Assembly (NCBI GenBank): GCA_009914755.4
Contig: CP086569.2
Coordinates: 7,136,001-7,200,000, forward strand
Length of the DNA stretch: 64,000 nt
DNA from: the human T2T-CHM13v2.0 reference genome, Homo sapiens
Direction: 5' to 3'
Positions 12,692 through 30,961 of this stretch are shown one piece after another; position 1 is the first letter of the stretch, and every line of letters starts with the position of its first letter. The position numbers and the translations under genes were made by a program. Under the pieces are notes generated by a model, which was given only the letters and a program-made list of their open reading frames with translations, did no database searches and was not told the DNA's origin.

Positions 12692-14554
12692 ACAACCATG
12701 CTTTATTTATCCACTAGCCTTACAGTAACAAAGCAGAAACTGAATTTGTGTGATACATTTTTAAGCAATAAACATGTTGATTTATTTGTTTAGTGAGTTG
12801 GATGATGCTATGTGCTATTTCTTGCAGGCTGAAAAAATAGGTTACATTTTCCTCTATATCCAAATAATCAAATTATTATAGATGGTACAAAAATGGAAAC
12901 CACAGCATAACACAGAGAGATTTAAAGCTCTAACCCACAAGACAAACTTTCTCATCTTCTAATCGAAAAGTTTCAATTCACTCTAATTCATAGGCTGCAC
13001 TGTATTTATTCCATTGTCACTGGTTCGAAAGACTTTTTGTGGCTCCACTGGATAATATCCCAGGTCACGCATTTATCCCCATTTTTTTTCCATCTTAAGT
13101 TTATTCTGCATCATTTTACTGTTGAAGGAGGAAGGAAGCATAGCTCTTATTCTCATTTGCAATTCTGGCCATTCCTGTGGGGAAAGATGGAGAAGGAAGA
13201 TCAAAGGGAGACTTTTGTATGATTTTCAAGTCTTTCTTATGTTTACTACCCTAAATCCAGTTTTTACTTTAATTGTTGGATTTTCTTAGATTTACTTTGT
13301 TAGTTTTACTTAGATTGTTAAGATTTATCACTGCCCAGTAAATACAAAGGGATCATGTCATTGTTGCTGATAGTACAGGAATATATTATTGAACTCCTTA
13401 GGTTTTGGTAGTAGAGTCTTATTCTTTCCATTACAAGAGATTTTCCTAAACATAAATACCAGTTCAAAAATTTAGGTGGGAGCATGGGATAAGAGAATAG
13501 AACAGATCAGAATCAAAATAGCCTACAATGTTATTAGAAAGCAACTCACATGAAATTAAGTGAGCAGTCCTCTTACATCTGTAAAACACAGTTTTCTCAC
13601 TGTAATCTTCCATTTTCCAGTATAGTGAAAATACTACTACCATATATTGTGATTATGGCATACTGTTAGTGATAAAATGAACAGAGATTTGACTGCAAAA
13701 ATCCTGAATGATCGGGACTTTTTTTTTTTCTTTTTTGCCTTTTCAGTATAACTGGCAACTATATGAGTGTCTCTATTCTGGGAAAATTAATGGCCATCAG
13801 AAACCCAATTTATATGGTGGAAACTAGAGAAAACACGGGTAATAGTCACAAAATCCATTTTGCCTTTGATGAGAAATTTATGTCTGCATTTACTCAATGA
13901 AAAACCTCCTTCTGGAAATCTGTCAAAGCAAGGAATAGAAAGCAAAGAGAATGTTTTGCTATGGAACTTTGGTCTGAGATGAAAGCTAGGCTTTAGGAGC
14001 TAGCCAAGAGTATACCACTCTTCAGCTTCTATGAGAGTCCAGATTTCCATCCACATGAGAAATAAGGTGTAATGTTCTGTTTTCCTTTCACTGCAATGTA
14101 GTGACTTTGCAGTTGGCTCTCCCAGTCAATGAGATGTTCCCGTCTCAGAGCTCAGACCTCTTTTCCATAGAGAAAGGGCCACAGCAGAGCAGCCCACTTT
14201 ATTGTATGGATTGACTGAAGCTCCAGGAGTCTGACAGTGAGCAGATGTTTGTGAGGCAAACAAGAACTGTAGAATGTGGCATGATTGGAAGACAAGGACT
14301 TCCAATGATGCACTTTATTACAAAAGCAGAGGCATAAACATCAGTGAGGAGTCATGGTAACTACCTCCTCCTGACGTCACTGTGGATGGAAATGGTGTGC
14401 TGAAAGACCGTGGGAAGATGGGACCATGGGGGAGAGAGGGAAAATGATTTTGCTTTAGATGACCAATGGAAAGAAAAAAAATTATAGTGGAATGGGAGGG
14501 ACACAATAGAATAAATTCATAGTCATATTTGAGGGTGGAAAACCAAGTGACGCT

Positions 14555-14960
14555 ATTCACTATGGCAAAAACTTGGAATCAACCTAGATGCCCATCAGTG
14601 GATAAAGAAATTGTGGTACATAGACACGCTGGAATACTTTGCAGCAACATGGATGCAGCTAGAGGCCATTATTCTGAGTGAATTAGTGTAGGAACACAAA
14701 ACCAGGTACTGATTGTTTTCACTTCTAAGTAGGAGCCAAACCTTAGGTAGTCATGGACATAAAGATGTGAATGACAGGCACTGGGGGCTACTTGAGGGTG
14801 CAGGAAGGGAGGAGGGAGAGGACTGAAAAACTACCTACTGGGTTTTATGCTTCCCACCTGGATGATGAAATTGTACACCAAACCCTCTTGATATGCAATT
14901 TACCCACGTAACAAACTTGCACGTGGACATTCTGAGCCTAAAATAAAAGTTGGAAAGAAA
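14555..14960 (+). mobile_element. LINE-1 (L1PA/L1PB-like) 3'-terminal fragment
   Basis: 'ctatggcaaaaacttggaatcaacctagatgcccatcagtggataaag...atggatgcagctagaggccattattctgagtgaat...' matches the ORF2 end and 3' UTR. Confidence 0.7.
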
Positions 14961-15404
14961 AAAGAAGAGAAGGAAAATGGAATAACACGGTGCAGTAACA
15001 CAGCCATGTAGTGGGGTTGGAAGCTGCATCTTGAATTGGAAGGAGCATAGTGGATGCTTTGCAGTGAAGCCCTAGAGAAGCTCACTAGAGTGGAAATGGC
15101 TGTGTATTGATGGGGTCCTTAAGTGATCATGGGAGTGATTGATGCCCACCTGGACTCAAGAATCTCTACTGCATGGTCTCAACTTTTGCCCCTTCCAACT
15201 GTGATAGTTTCCTTCATTTTGCCCATCTTATAGAAGATACATTAGGGCTTTGGATGAAGAAGCTGAGACTAATCAAAGTCGTGTAACTTTTCCAAGATGA
15301 CATAGCCTCAAAGTAGAGGAGTTAGAATCAGCTGGGTCTTGGTATGTGTTTGGTTACAAAAAAGCTTGCATTTCCAAATTTTATGTAGCTCATCCCATTT
15401 TCTA

Positions 15405-15633
15405 CTTTCCTTCTTTCCTCCTCCTCCTCCACCTTTCCTCTCCTCCTCCACCTTTCCTCTCCTCCTCCACCTTTCCTCTCCTCCTCCTCCTTCTTTTCTT
15501 CCTCTTCTTCTTTTTTCTTCTCCTTCTCCTTCTTCCTTTCCTCTTGCTCATCTTCCTCCTACTCCTCCTTCTTCTTCTCCTCTTCATCTCCTCCTCCTCC
15601 TCCTCCTTCTTCCTTCTTCCTCATCATCATATT
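15405..15633. repeat. CT-rich simple repeat
   Basis: Direct reading. The three overlapping ORFs here (114, 119 and 61 aa) are artifacts. Confidence 0.85.
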
Positions 15634-15920
15634 TTAGAGACAGGGTCTTTCTCTGTTGCCCAGGCTGGAGTGCAGTGGCATGATCATAGCTTACTGCAGT
15701 GTTGAATTCCTGAACTCAAGCAATACTCCCACCTTCACCTCCTGAGTAACTGGGCACTACAAGCACAGCCATGATGCCCAACTAATTTAAAAACATTTTT
15801 TTTAATAGATTGGGTTTAGCTGTGTTGCCCAGGCTGCTGTCAAACACCTGGCCTCAACTGATCCTCCTGCCCCAGTCTCTGAAAGTTCTGGGATTATAGG
15901 CATGAGCCACCAGGGCTGGA
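15634..15920 (-). mobile_element. Alu element (older subfamily)
   Basis: 'tttagagacagggtctttctctgttgcccaggctggagtgcagtggcatgatc...' through to '...tgggattataggcatgagccaccagggctgg'. Confidence 0.85.
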
Positions 15921-15924
15921 CAAG

Positions 15925-16090
15925 CACATTTTCTGTATCCATTCATCTGCAAATGGACATTGGCATGGTGTCCACATCTCACCTCTTGTAAATAATCTTC
16001 AGTGAACGTGAGAGTGCAGATATCTCTTCAACACACTCATTTCAATTATCTTGGATGTATACCCAGAAGTGGGATGGCTGGATTATATGT
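15925..16090 (+). mobile_element. Ancient LINE-1 ORF2 fragment
   Basis: 'ccattcatctgcaaatggacattgg...tatacccagaagtgggatggctgg' resembles the conserved L1 segment encoding HSSVDGHLGCFH... Confidence 0.4.
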
Positions 16091-16922
16091 GTAAGGGTGT
16101 TAAACAGACCATGGCTTCTAATACATCACAATCTCAGCCTTGGGACTCAATGAGGGCTCAGGGAAATAAACATTTGTCAAGTATATATGTAACTACATGA
16201 CGGGTTCTTTCTGCCCACCAAACAGAAAAAAAAAAAAAAAAAAATTTGCTGAGACCATTATGTTACAATAAAGCAAGAGCTTAATAGACACAAGGTCAGG
16301 TATGCCACATGGGAGATGGAGTTATTACTCAAAAATTGGAGGTTAGGATTTTGTGAAGGTAGTTTGGGAAAGGAGTCTGGGTGGCTAGGCAATGGGTGCC
16401 TGCTGCTGATTGATTAGGTCAGAGATGAAATCATAGGGAGTTGAAGCTGTCCTCCCAGGCTAAGTTGTTTCTAGGTGGCACCACAAGAGTGTGGAGCCCT
16501 CAATTGGTGGGTCCAGGTGTTGCCATGGGTGTCAGACATGCAAAAACACCTGAAAAGACATCTCAAAAGACCAGTCCTTCAGTTCAGCAACAGTGATGTT
16601 ATCTGCAGGAGTAATTGGGGAAGTTGCATAGCTTGTGACTTCTGGAATAATGGCTACCAATCATTTCTGTCTGCACTTTAACAGAATTCAGACTCCTCTG
16701 GCCTAGCCTGGTGGTCTCTCCTTAGCTTTACAAAGGTGGTTGAGTTTTGCGGAAGTCCTATTATCATTTAAACTATAAGCTAAATGTCTTGCGGGTTGGA
16801 GGCTAAAGGCAAGAAGGGTGTTGGCTAGATCAGATCTCCCCCACTGCCATAATTTGTTTCACTGCTATAATTTTTCCAAAGGCAGTTTCAGAAATCTGAG
16901 ATGTCATTCTCTTTAAAGCTTC

Positions 16923-17357
16923 TGTCAGGCTTCTGAGCCCAGACTAAGCCATCATATCCCCTGTGAACTGCAAGTATATATCCAGATGGACTGAAGCAAC
17001 TGAAGATCCACAAAAGAAGTGAAAATAACCTTAACTGACGATATTCCATCATTGTGATTTGTTTCTGCCCCGCCAACTGATCAATCCATGTACTTTGTAG
17101 CCTCCCCCACCCTTAAGAAGGTTGTTTGTAATTCTCCCCACTCTTGAGAATGTACTTTGTGAGATCCACTCTCTGCCTGCAAAACATGGCTCCTAACTCC
17201 ACCACCTATTCCAAAACCTATAAGAACTAATGACAATCCCACCACCCTTTGCTGACTCCTTTTTCGGACTCAGCCTGCCTGCACCCAGGTAAAATAAACA
17301 GCCTTGTTGCTCACACAAAGCCTGTTTGGTGGTCTTTTCAGATGGATGTGCATGTCA
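16923..17357 (+). promoter_or_regulatory. 5' LTR of the provirus (LTR7-like); in active HERV-H copies this carries the promoter
   Basis: Starts TG and ends CA, immediately followed by 'tttggtgccaaag' (PBS region). Confidence 0.7.
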
Positions 17358-17499
17358 TTTGGTGCCAAAGACCCAGGTCACAGGGATTCCTTCGGGAGAC
17401 CAGGCCCCTGTCCTCACTCTCACTCCATGAAGGGATCCACCTATGACCTCGAGTCCTTAGACCAACCAGCCCAAGGAACATCTCACCAATCTCAAATTG

Positions 17500-19449
17500 G
17501 GTAAGTGGTATTTTCAATCTCTTCTCCAGCCTCTCTTGCTACCCTTCAGTCTCCCCGTCCTTCCAATTCCAGTTCTTTTTCCTCTCTGTTAGAGACAAAG
17601 GAGACACATTTTATCCATGAACCCAAAACTCTGGTGTCAGTCATGGACTGGAAAAGACAGCCGTCCTTGGTGTTTAATCATTGTGGGGACACCTGCCTGA
17701 TTATTCACCCACACTCTATTGGTGTTTAATCACTGCGGGGAAGTCTACCTGATTATTCACCCACATTCCATTGGTGTCTGGTCACCATGGGGATGACTGC
17801 CTTGGTCATTCACCCACATTCCCTTGGTGGCAAGTCAATTGCAAGGATGCCTGCTTTGGCTGCTCACCCACATTGCAGCCCAGGGCTGCTCCCCACCCCT
17901 TTTCTGTGTCTCTACCCTTCTCTTTAAACTTGCCTCCTTCACTATGGGCAGCCTTCCACCCTCCATTCCTCCTTCTTCTCCCTTAGTCTGTGTTCTCAAG
18001 AACTTAAAACCTCTTCAACTCTCACCTGAGCTAAAATCTAAGCATCTTATTTTCTTCTGCAATATTGCTTGGCCCCAATACAAGCTCAACAGTAGTTCCA
18101 AGTGGCCAGAAAATGTCACTTTCAATTTGTCTATCCTACAAGATCTAGATAATTTTTGTCAAAAAATGGGCAAATGGTCAGAGGTGCCTGATGTCCAGGC
18201 ATTCTTTTACACATTGGTCCCTCCCTAGCCTCTGCTCCCAATATGACTCATCCCAAATCTTTCTTCTTTCTCTCCTTTCTGTTCCTTCAGTCTCCACCCC
18301 AAGCTCTGGGTCCTTTGAATCCTTTTCTATGGAATCTTCTGACCTCTCCCCTTGTCCCTGGGCTGCTCCTTGCCAAGCTGAGCCAGGTCCCAATTCTTCC
18401 TCAGCCTCTGCTCCCTGACCCTGTAATCTTTCTATCACCTCCCCTCCTCACACCCAGTCTGGCTTACAGTTTTGTTCCATGACTAGCTCTCCCGCACTTG
18501 CCCAAAATTTCCTCTTAGAGAAGTGGCTGGAGCTGAAGACATAGTCAGGATACATGTGCCTTTTTCTCTATCAGACCTTTACCAAATCAGCCAGAGTTTA
18601 GGCTGTTTCTCATTAGACCCCACTAAATATATACAGGAATTCCGATATCTAACTCTGTCCTACAATTTAACCTGGAGTGACTTAAATGTCATCCTAACTT
18701 CTACCCTTTCCCCAGATGAATGGGAAAAAGTTTTTTCTCTAGCCCAATTTCATGCTAATAACCACCAGCTTCATGAGCCAGACCCCTAGGAAGGCATTAG
18801 AGCAGTTCCCTGGGAATATCCCCAATGGAACCATCAGGCAGATTCCCCAGGTATAGCTAGGCGAGATTACATGGTTTCCTGCCTAGTTGAAGAGCTTAAA
18901 AAGGCAGCTTACAAAGTTGTTAATTATGACAAATTTAAAGAAACTACCCAAAGTAAAGAGGAAAACCCAGCCCAGTTCATGGCCTGCTTAGTTAGCAGCA
19001 ACCCTTAGACACTTTACCACCCTAGAGCCAGAGGGGTCAGAAGGCCACCTTATTCCTAATATGCATTTTATCACCCAGTCAGCTCCTGACATTAGAAAAA
19101 AGCTTCAAAATTTGGAATCCAGCCCTCAAACCCCACAATAGGAATTAGTCAACCTCACCTTCAAGGTGTACAATAACAGAGAGGAGGTAGCCAGACAGCA
19201 ACACATTTCTGAGTTCAGCTACTTGCCTCCTCTGTAAGACAACCCACAGCCACATCTCAGCATACAAGAACTTCAGAACATGCAAGCCACAGGTCCCAGG
19301 CGCTCCTTCAAAACATCCTCATGGACCTTACTTCAAATGTCAAAAGCCTGGCCACTGGGCCTTAGAATGTCTGCAGTCTGGGATTCCTCCTGAGCCACGC
19401 CCTCTCTGTGCAGGCTCCCACTGGAGGTCAGACAGTCTGACTCACATCG

Positions 19450-19450
<1 letters not shown>
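17500..19450 (+). pseudogene. HERV-H gag remnant (MA, CA and an NC zinc knuckle), interrupted by stops and frameshifts
   Basis: ORF 17824-18228 'LKNLKPLQLSPELKSKHLIFFCNIAWPQYKL' is gag-MA-like. ORF 18523-18789 is CA-like. 'YFKCQKPGHWALEC' at about 19330-19375 is a CX2CX4HX4C zinc knuckle. Confidence 0.6.
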
Positions 19451-22035
<2,585 letters not shown>

Positions 22036-23045
22036 GTCACTCCCACTTACTCTCCCACTGAAACTTCCACCTATCAATCTCTTCCCACACAAGGCAAATG
22101 GTTCTTGGACCAAGAAAAATATCTCCTTCCAGTCTCACAGCCCCATTCTATTCTGTCATCATTTCAGAACCTCTTCCATGTAGGTTACAAGCCATTAGAC
22201 TGCCTCTTAAAACCTCTCATTTCCTTTCCATCATGAATATCTATCCCCAGTCCTCATTCTTGACTCCCTCTTGGAGTGGATAGATGATCTTTGCTGACAG
22301 GATACACTCTAACACTTTCACCCTTATGAAGTCTTATTCTTTACTTTTATACTCACTCTTGCTCTCGTTCACATTCTTATGCCATCCTCTACCTCTCCCC
22401 AGCTATCTCCACCACACTATCAATCTCACTCACTCCTAGCCATTTCTAATCCTTCTTTAACAAACAATAGCTGGCTTTGCATTTCTCTTTCCTCCAAAAT
22501 CACTGAGGCCTCAATTTACTCACTGCTGAAAAAGGAGGACTCTGTATATTTTTAAATGAAGAGAGTTGTTTTTACCTAAATCAATCTGGCCTGGTATATG
22601 ACAACATAAAAAAACTCAAGGATAGAGCCCAAAAACTTGCAAACCAACCAAATAATTATGCAGAATCCCCTTGGGCACTCTCTAATTGGATGTCCTGGGC
22701 CCTCCCAATTCTTAGTCCTTTAATACCTGTTTTTCTCCTTCTCTTATTTGAACCTTGTGTTTTCCTTTTAGTTTCTCAATTCACACAAAACGGCATCCAG
22801 GCCATCACCAATCATTTTATACAACAAAGGCTTCTTCTAACAATCCCACAATATCACCCCTTACCTGAAAATCTTTCTTCAGTTTAATCTCTCCCACTCT
22901 AGGTTCCCATGCCATCCCTAATCCTGCTCAAAGTAGCCCTGAGAAATATCACCCATTATCTCTCCATACCGCGCCCCAACATTTTCACCACCCTAACACT
23001 TTACCACTATTTTGTTATTTTTCTTATTAATATAAGAAGACAGGA

Positions 23046-23862
<817 letters not shown>

Positions 23863-24695
23863 GGTCTTTCTTTAAGCCTCTTTTTGCTTTTATAGTATTT
23901 ATCAATAGATTTATACCCAAAAGTTAACTATTCTCTATTTTACTAAAAATCATGTCATGGAATGCTTCTTAATACTGTTTCCCTAATTTGCTTTTAGTAC
24001 TTATTGCTCATAAAAGCATTCCTGACTTTAATCACCTTTTTTTCCCATCTTCCGTAAATGGCTTACTTCACAATGTTTCCTTCCAAAATGACTTCAATAT
24101 CGCCTCTAACAGGATAACTTGTAAACCTAAATCTCTAGCCCTATCAATTTTTCTACGTACAAACCCACATTTGAACACAATTATTTGCTGCTATTGTTAC
24201 ATAATAGCCAATCTTACTTATCAATTGAAGTTGATCTTCTTGATCAATAATGCAAGGTGATACATTATGGGATTTGGGGGATAGGAGTATAAATGAAACA
24301 ATAAAACATTTCCAAAGACAAAGTACATTACCAGCTAATTTCAGTAATTTACATATTAGTTCATCTCTCTCCAATAAATATTACATTATTTTTTAAAAAA
24401 CACATGAGAGGGAATGCCTTATACTCTTTTGCAGCACTGTTGAGTCTATCATGATTTCAAAATTCAAAGTTGAAAAATGTTTACAGAGTAAGCGGATTAA
24501 AGACAGGGAAAAAATCCATTTAGAGTTCCTCTTATGCTCGGAAATTAAGTAATAGAACTATACACGTGTCACTACAGTTGGAAAAAGCTTTAGAGATGAT
24601 CTGGTCCAGACGAGGAAATTGAGACCAAGAGGGTTTTATTATCATTATATAAGTTCAAATGCCTCAGAATTGGTAGAAAAATCAGTTTCTTATTT

Positions 24696-25041
<346 letters not shown>

Positions 25042-25523
25042 TAATAACAGATAATGATTGGCAATGTGTTTATACAAGTTAGAATCTGATAATTCAAATG
25101 ATGCCTTTATTTTAGTTTTTATTTTTTATGTATTGGAGCTAAAAATTTTATGAAAAGTTGGGATGGGTGATAATTAGCCAGACCCCATAACATCTAATTT
25201 TTTAGGGTATGCATCAGACAAATGGCACAGAGACCAAGGGGAAAGTAGAGAGGTCAGCACAGAGACTGGGTGGAAAAATAAAATTTTCAAGAAACTATAG
25301 ACAGTCCTGCTCTTGTTAGGAGTGTTCATCCTGAAACAAGTTCCCAAGTTAGGATGCCAGCAATTCTGAGCAATAAAGACACCATGTGGAAATTAAAACT
25401 CCTATAGATGGTGCATGTCCCAGAGGAAAACCACAAGGTTATCATAATTGACAGATCTTTAATTCTATCACTGTTGTTGCTAAAACTTTAGTGTGGCATT
25501 TGTAAACCAAAAATACAGTTCTA

Positions 25524-25895
<372 letters not shown>

Positions 25896-28210
25896 TAACC
25901 TGGAAGATTGGTTCAAGCCATGATGAAAAGTGGAGTTGCACGTGCCTCATTAGAGCCCTCCATCATTAACATCAAAACAGACCTTACTTCTGATAAGAAA
26001 CATTTACAATCTATTCTCTCTGAAGCCTGCTACCTGGGGGCTTCATCTGCATGATAGAACTTCAGTCTCTCATCCCCTATCTTAATCTAGATATTTCCTT
26101 TCTATTGACCCCAGGTCTTTAGATAAACTCAACCAATTGCCAGTCAGAAAAACATTAAATCCATCTATAACCTGAATCCTAGCCCCCTGACTCCCAGCCT
26201 GAATCAAGTTGTCCCACCTCTCTGGGTACAACCTTAAATGTATTTGACCAAAGTCTCATTTCTCCCTAAAATGTATAAAACCAAGTTGTGCCCCAATCAC
26301 CTTGGGCACATGATCTCAGGAGATCCTGAGGGCTGTGTTATGGGTCATGGTCATGTGTGCTCAAAATAAATCTCTTCAAATAATTTTCCAGAGTTTGACA
26401 GTTTTTGTTGACATATTTTTGAAAAATGTGTTGTTATATAATTTTCCGCTGCTTGAAAATATGCTCCAGTTGCCACTGAGTTAATGATTCTCTAGTTGCA
26501 TATTTCTCTGCTCCCAATTCCCTCAACCACATGATTCCACCAGTGAACACACTTAACCCAGCTTTATTAAAAATCTGTGATCATAGATGTGTGGTGTTAT
26601 TTCTGAGGCTTCTGTTCTGTTCCATTGGTCTCTATATTTGTTTTGGTATCAGTACCATGCTGTTTTGGTTACAGTACCCTTGTAGTATAATTTGAAGTCA
26701 GGTAGCATGATGCCTCCAGCTTTGTTCTTTTTGCTTAGGATTTTCTTGGCTATGTGGGCTCTTTTTTGGTTCCATATGAACTTTAAAGTAGTTTTTTCCA
26801 ATTCTGTGAAGAAAGCCCATGGTAGCTCGATGAGGGTAGCATTGAATCTATAAATTACTTTGGGCAATATGGCCATTTTCACGATATTGATTGTTCCTAT
26901 CCATGAATATGGAATGTTTTTCCATTTGTTTTCATCCTCTCTTATTTTCTCGAACAGTGGTTCGTAGTTCTCCTTGAAGAGGTCCTTCCCAACCCTTACA
27001 AGTTGGATTCCTAGGTATTTTATTCTCTGTAGAAATTGTGAATGGGAATTAACTCATGATTTGGCTCTCTGTTTGTTATTGATGTATAGGAGTGCTTGTG
27101 ATTTTTGCACATTGATGTTGTATCCTGAGACTTTCTGAAGTTGCTCATCAGCTTAAGGAGATTTTGGGCTGAGATGATGGGGTTTTCTAAACATACAATC
27201 ATGTCATCTGCAAACAGAGATAATTTGACTTCCTCTTTTCCTACTTGAATATGATTTATTTATTTCTTTTCCTGATTGCCCTAGCCAGAAGTTCCAATAC
27301 TATGTCAAATAGGAGTTGTGAGAGAGGGCATCCTTGTCGTGTGGGGGTTTGCAAAGGGAATCCTTCCAGTTTTTGCCCATTCAGTATGATATTGGCTGTG
27401 GGTTTGTCATAAACAGCTCTTATGATTTTGAGATACATTCCATTGATACCTAGTTTATTGAGAGCTTTTAGCATGAAGGGCTGTTGAATTTTTGTCAAAG
27501 GCCTTTTCCGCTTCTATTGAGATTATTATGCAGTTTTTGTCATTGGTTCTGTTTAGGTGACGAATTACATTTCTTGATTTGTGTATGTTGAACCAGCCTT
27601 ACATCCCAGAGATGAAGCTGACCTCATCATGATGAATATGCTTTTTGATATGCTCCTGGATTCAGTTTGCCAGTAGTTTATTAAGGATTTTTTGCATTAT
27701 TGTTCATCAGGGATTCTGGCCTGAAATTGTCTTTTTTTGTTGTGTCTCTGCCAGGTTTTAGTATCAGGATGATGCTGGCCTCATAAAATGAGTTAGGGAG
27801 GATGTCCTTTTTTCTATTGTTTGGAAAAGTTTCAGAAGGAATAGTACCAGCTCCTTTTTGTACCTCTGGTAGAATTCAGCTGTGAATCCGTCTGATCCTG
27901 GACTTTTTTTTTTTGATTGGTAGGCTATTAATTACTACCTCATTTTCAGATCTTGTTATTGGTCTATTCAGGGATTCAGCTTCTTCCTGGTTTAGACTTG
28001 GAAGGCTGCATGTGTCCAGGAATTTATCCAATTCTTGTAGATTTTCTAGTTTATTTGTGTAGAGGTGTTTATAGTATTCTCTGATTGTAGTTTGTATTTC
28101 TGTGGCATTAGTGGTGAGGATATCCCCTTTATCATTTTTTATTGTGTTTATTTGATTCCTGTCTCTTGTCTTCTTTATTAGTCTGGCTAGCAATGTATCT
28201 ATTTTTTTGA

Positions 28211-28372
<162 letters not shown>

Positions 28373-28848
28373 TGAATTAAAGACTTAAATGTAAGACCTA
28401 AAGGAATAAAAATCCTAAAAGAAAACCTAAGCAATACAGTTCAGGACATAGGCATGGGCAAAGGGTTTATGATTAAAACACCAAAACAATTGCAACAAAT
28501 GGGATCTAATTAAACTAAGGAATTCTGCACAGAAAAAGAAAACAATCATCAGAGTGAACAGGAAACCTAAAGAATGGGAGAATAATTCTGCAATCTATCC
28601 ACCTGACAAAAGGCTAATATCCAGAAACTACAAAGAACTTAAACAAATTTACAAGAAAAAAAAAAGACCCCATCAAAAAGTTGGCAAAACATATGAACAG
28701 ACTCTTCTCTAATGAAAACATTTACGCAACCAACAAACATTTGAAAGAAAGGTTATCATCACTGGCCATTAGAGAAATGCAAATCAAAACCACGATGAGA
28801 TACCATCTCATGCTAGTTAGAATGGCAATCATTAAAAAGTCAGAAAAT

Positions 28849-29701
28849 GGCCAGGTGTGGTGGCTCATGCCTGTAATCCCAGCACTTTGAGAGGCCTAGG
28901 CAGGTGTATCATGAGGTCAGGAGATTGAGACCATCCTGCCTAATGCAGTGAATGTAGGGAAGAGGCCCCCCAAAATCTGGCTATAAACGGGCCCCAAAAC
29001 TGGCCATAAACAAAATCTTTGCAGCACTCTGACATGCTCATGATGGTCATTACACTCATGCCAGAAGATTGTGGGTTTACTGGAATTAGGGCAAGGAACA
29101 CCTGGCCCACCCAGGGTGGAACACTGCTTAAAGACATTCTTAAACCAAAAACAATAGCATGAGCTATCTGTACCTTAAGGGCATGTTCCTGCTGCAGATA
29201 ACTAGCTAGACCCATCCCTTTATTTCAGCCCATCCCTTTGTTTCCCATAAGGGATACTTTTAGTTAATTGAATATCTATAGAAACAATGCTAATGACTGG
29301 CTTGCTGTTAATAAATACGTGGGTAAATCTCTGTTTGGGGCTCTCAGCTCTGAAGGCTGTGAGACTTCTGATTTCCCATGTTACACCTCTATATTTCTGT
29401 GTGTGTGTCTTTAATTCCTCTAGTGCTGCTAGGTTAGGGTCTCCCCAACCAAGCTGGCCTCTTCAGTGAAACCCCATCTCTACTAAAAATACAAAAAATT
29501 AGCTGGACATGGTTGCAGGCTCCTGTAGTCCTGTCTACTCGGGAGGCTGAGGCAGGGGAATGGTAAGCGGGATGGCGTATGGAACCTGGGGAATGGAACC
29601 TGGGTAATGGAACCTGGGAGGTGGAGCTTGCAGTGAGTCAAGATTGTGCCACTGCACTCCAGCCTGGGTGACAGCATGAGACTCCATCTCAAAAAAAAAA
29701 A
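28849..29701 (+). mobile_element. Alu inserted into the L1, itself split by a solo-LTR insertion; the Alu TSD is about aaaaagtcag(g/a)aaa in the L1 sequence
   Basis: Alu 5' part 'ggccaggtgtggtggctcatgcctgtaatcccagcactttgagagg...ccatcctgcctaatgcagtgaa' at 28849-28952. The Alu resumes 'accccatctctactaaaaatacaaaaaattagctgg' at 29471 and ends in poly-A at 29701. Confidence 0.85.
28953..29465. mobile_element. Solo LTR (unclassified ERV) inserted within the Alu, with a 5-bp TSD GTGAA
   Basis: The insert begins TG ('tgtagggaagaggcc') and ends CA ('...ggcctcttca'). 'gtgaa' is at 28948-28952 and again at 29466-29470, and the Alu sequence is continuous across it. Confidence 0.6.
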
Positions 29702-30608
29702 GTCAGGAAACAACAGATGCTGGAGAGCATGTGGAGAAATAGGAATGCTTTTACACTGTTGGTGGGAGTATAAATTAGTTCAATCATTGTGGAAGACGTG
29801 TGGTGATTCCTCAAGGATCTAGAACTAGAAATACCATTTGACCCAGCAATATCATTCCTGGGTATATACCCAAAGGATTATAAATCATTCTACTATAAAG
29901 ACACTATAAAGACACATGCACCCATATGTTTATTGCAGCACTCTTCACAATAGCAAAGATTTGGAACCAACCCAAATGTCCATCAATGATAGATTGGAGA
30001 AACAAAATGTGGCATATATACACCATGGAATACTACACAGCCACAAAAAATGATGAGTTCATGTCCTTTGCAGGGACATGGATGAAGCTGGAAACCATTG
30101 TTCTCAGCTAACTAACACAAGAACAGAAAACCAAACACTGCATGTTTTCACTCATAAGTGGAAGTTGAACAATGAGAACACATGGACACAGGGAAGGGAA
30201 CATCACACATAGGGGCCTGTTTTGGGGTTGGGAGCTAAGGGAAGGATAGTAGGTGACAGGTTGATGGGTGCAGCAAACTGCTGTGGCACATGTATAACTA
30301 CGTAAGAAAACTGCACATTCTGCACATGTACCCCAGAACTTAAAGTATAAAAAAAAACTACGGTCGTGGAGGCTGAGTTGACATTAAGTGCTTTGTAAAC
30401 ATTTTCCTTGAAAGGAGAACCCCTCACCTCAGAATGTCTGGAATCCATTCTTTAAGGGGAGCATTTCATGAGTGAAGTGACATATATGTCACTTTCATGG
30501 GAAGAGGGAAGATTCTGAAAATATTTCAAGAACATATTTAAATATTTAAACCACAGCAAATTGGTGTGGTTTTCTACTCTGCTGGAAGGACAAAGAGTCA
30601 TAGCTGAC

Positions 30609-30640
30609 CCAAACAAAACAAAACAAAACAAAACAAAACC
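30609..30640. repeat. (CAAAA)n microsatellite
   Basis: Direct reading. Confidence 0.9.
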
Positions 30641-30670
30641 ATACACGTGTGCATACAAAGAATCGTTCTT

Positions 30671-30961
30671 GGCTGGGCATGGTGGCTCATGCCTGTAATC
30701 CCAGAACTTTGGGTGGCCAAGGCAGGTGGATCACGAGGTCAGGAGATCGAGACCATCTTGGCTAACATGGTGAAAACCCATTCTACTAAAAATACAAAAA
30801 ATTAGCCTGATGTGGTGGTGGGTGCCTGTAGTCCCAGCTACTCAGGAGGCTGAGGCAGGAGAATGGCAGGAACCTGGGAGGCAACTCTTGCAGTGAACCA
30901 AGATCATGCCACTGCTCTTCAGCCTGGGTGACAGAGCGAGACTCTTTCTCAAAAAAAAAAA
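30671..30961 (+). mobile_element. Alu element
   Basis: 'ggctgggcatggtggctcatgcctgtaatcccagaactttggg...' with poly-A. Confidence 0.9.

Noticed and set aside
15339-15705. Three overlapping ORFs (114, 119 and 61 aa) with poly-P/L/S or poly-R/K composition
   Set aside because: They are generated by the CT-rich simple repeat and the adjacent Alu, and are not coding.
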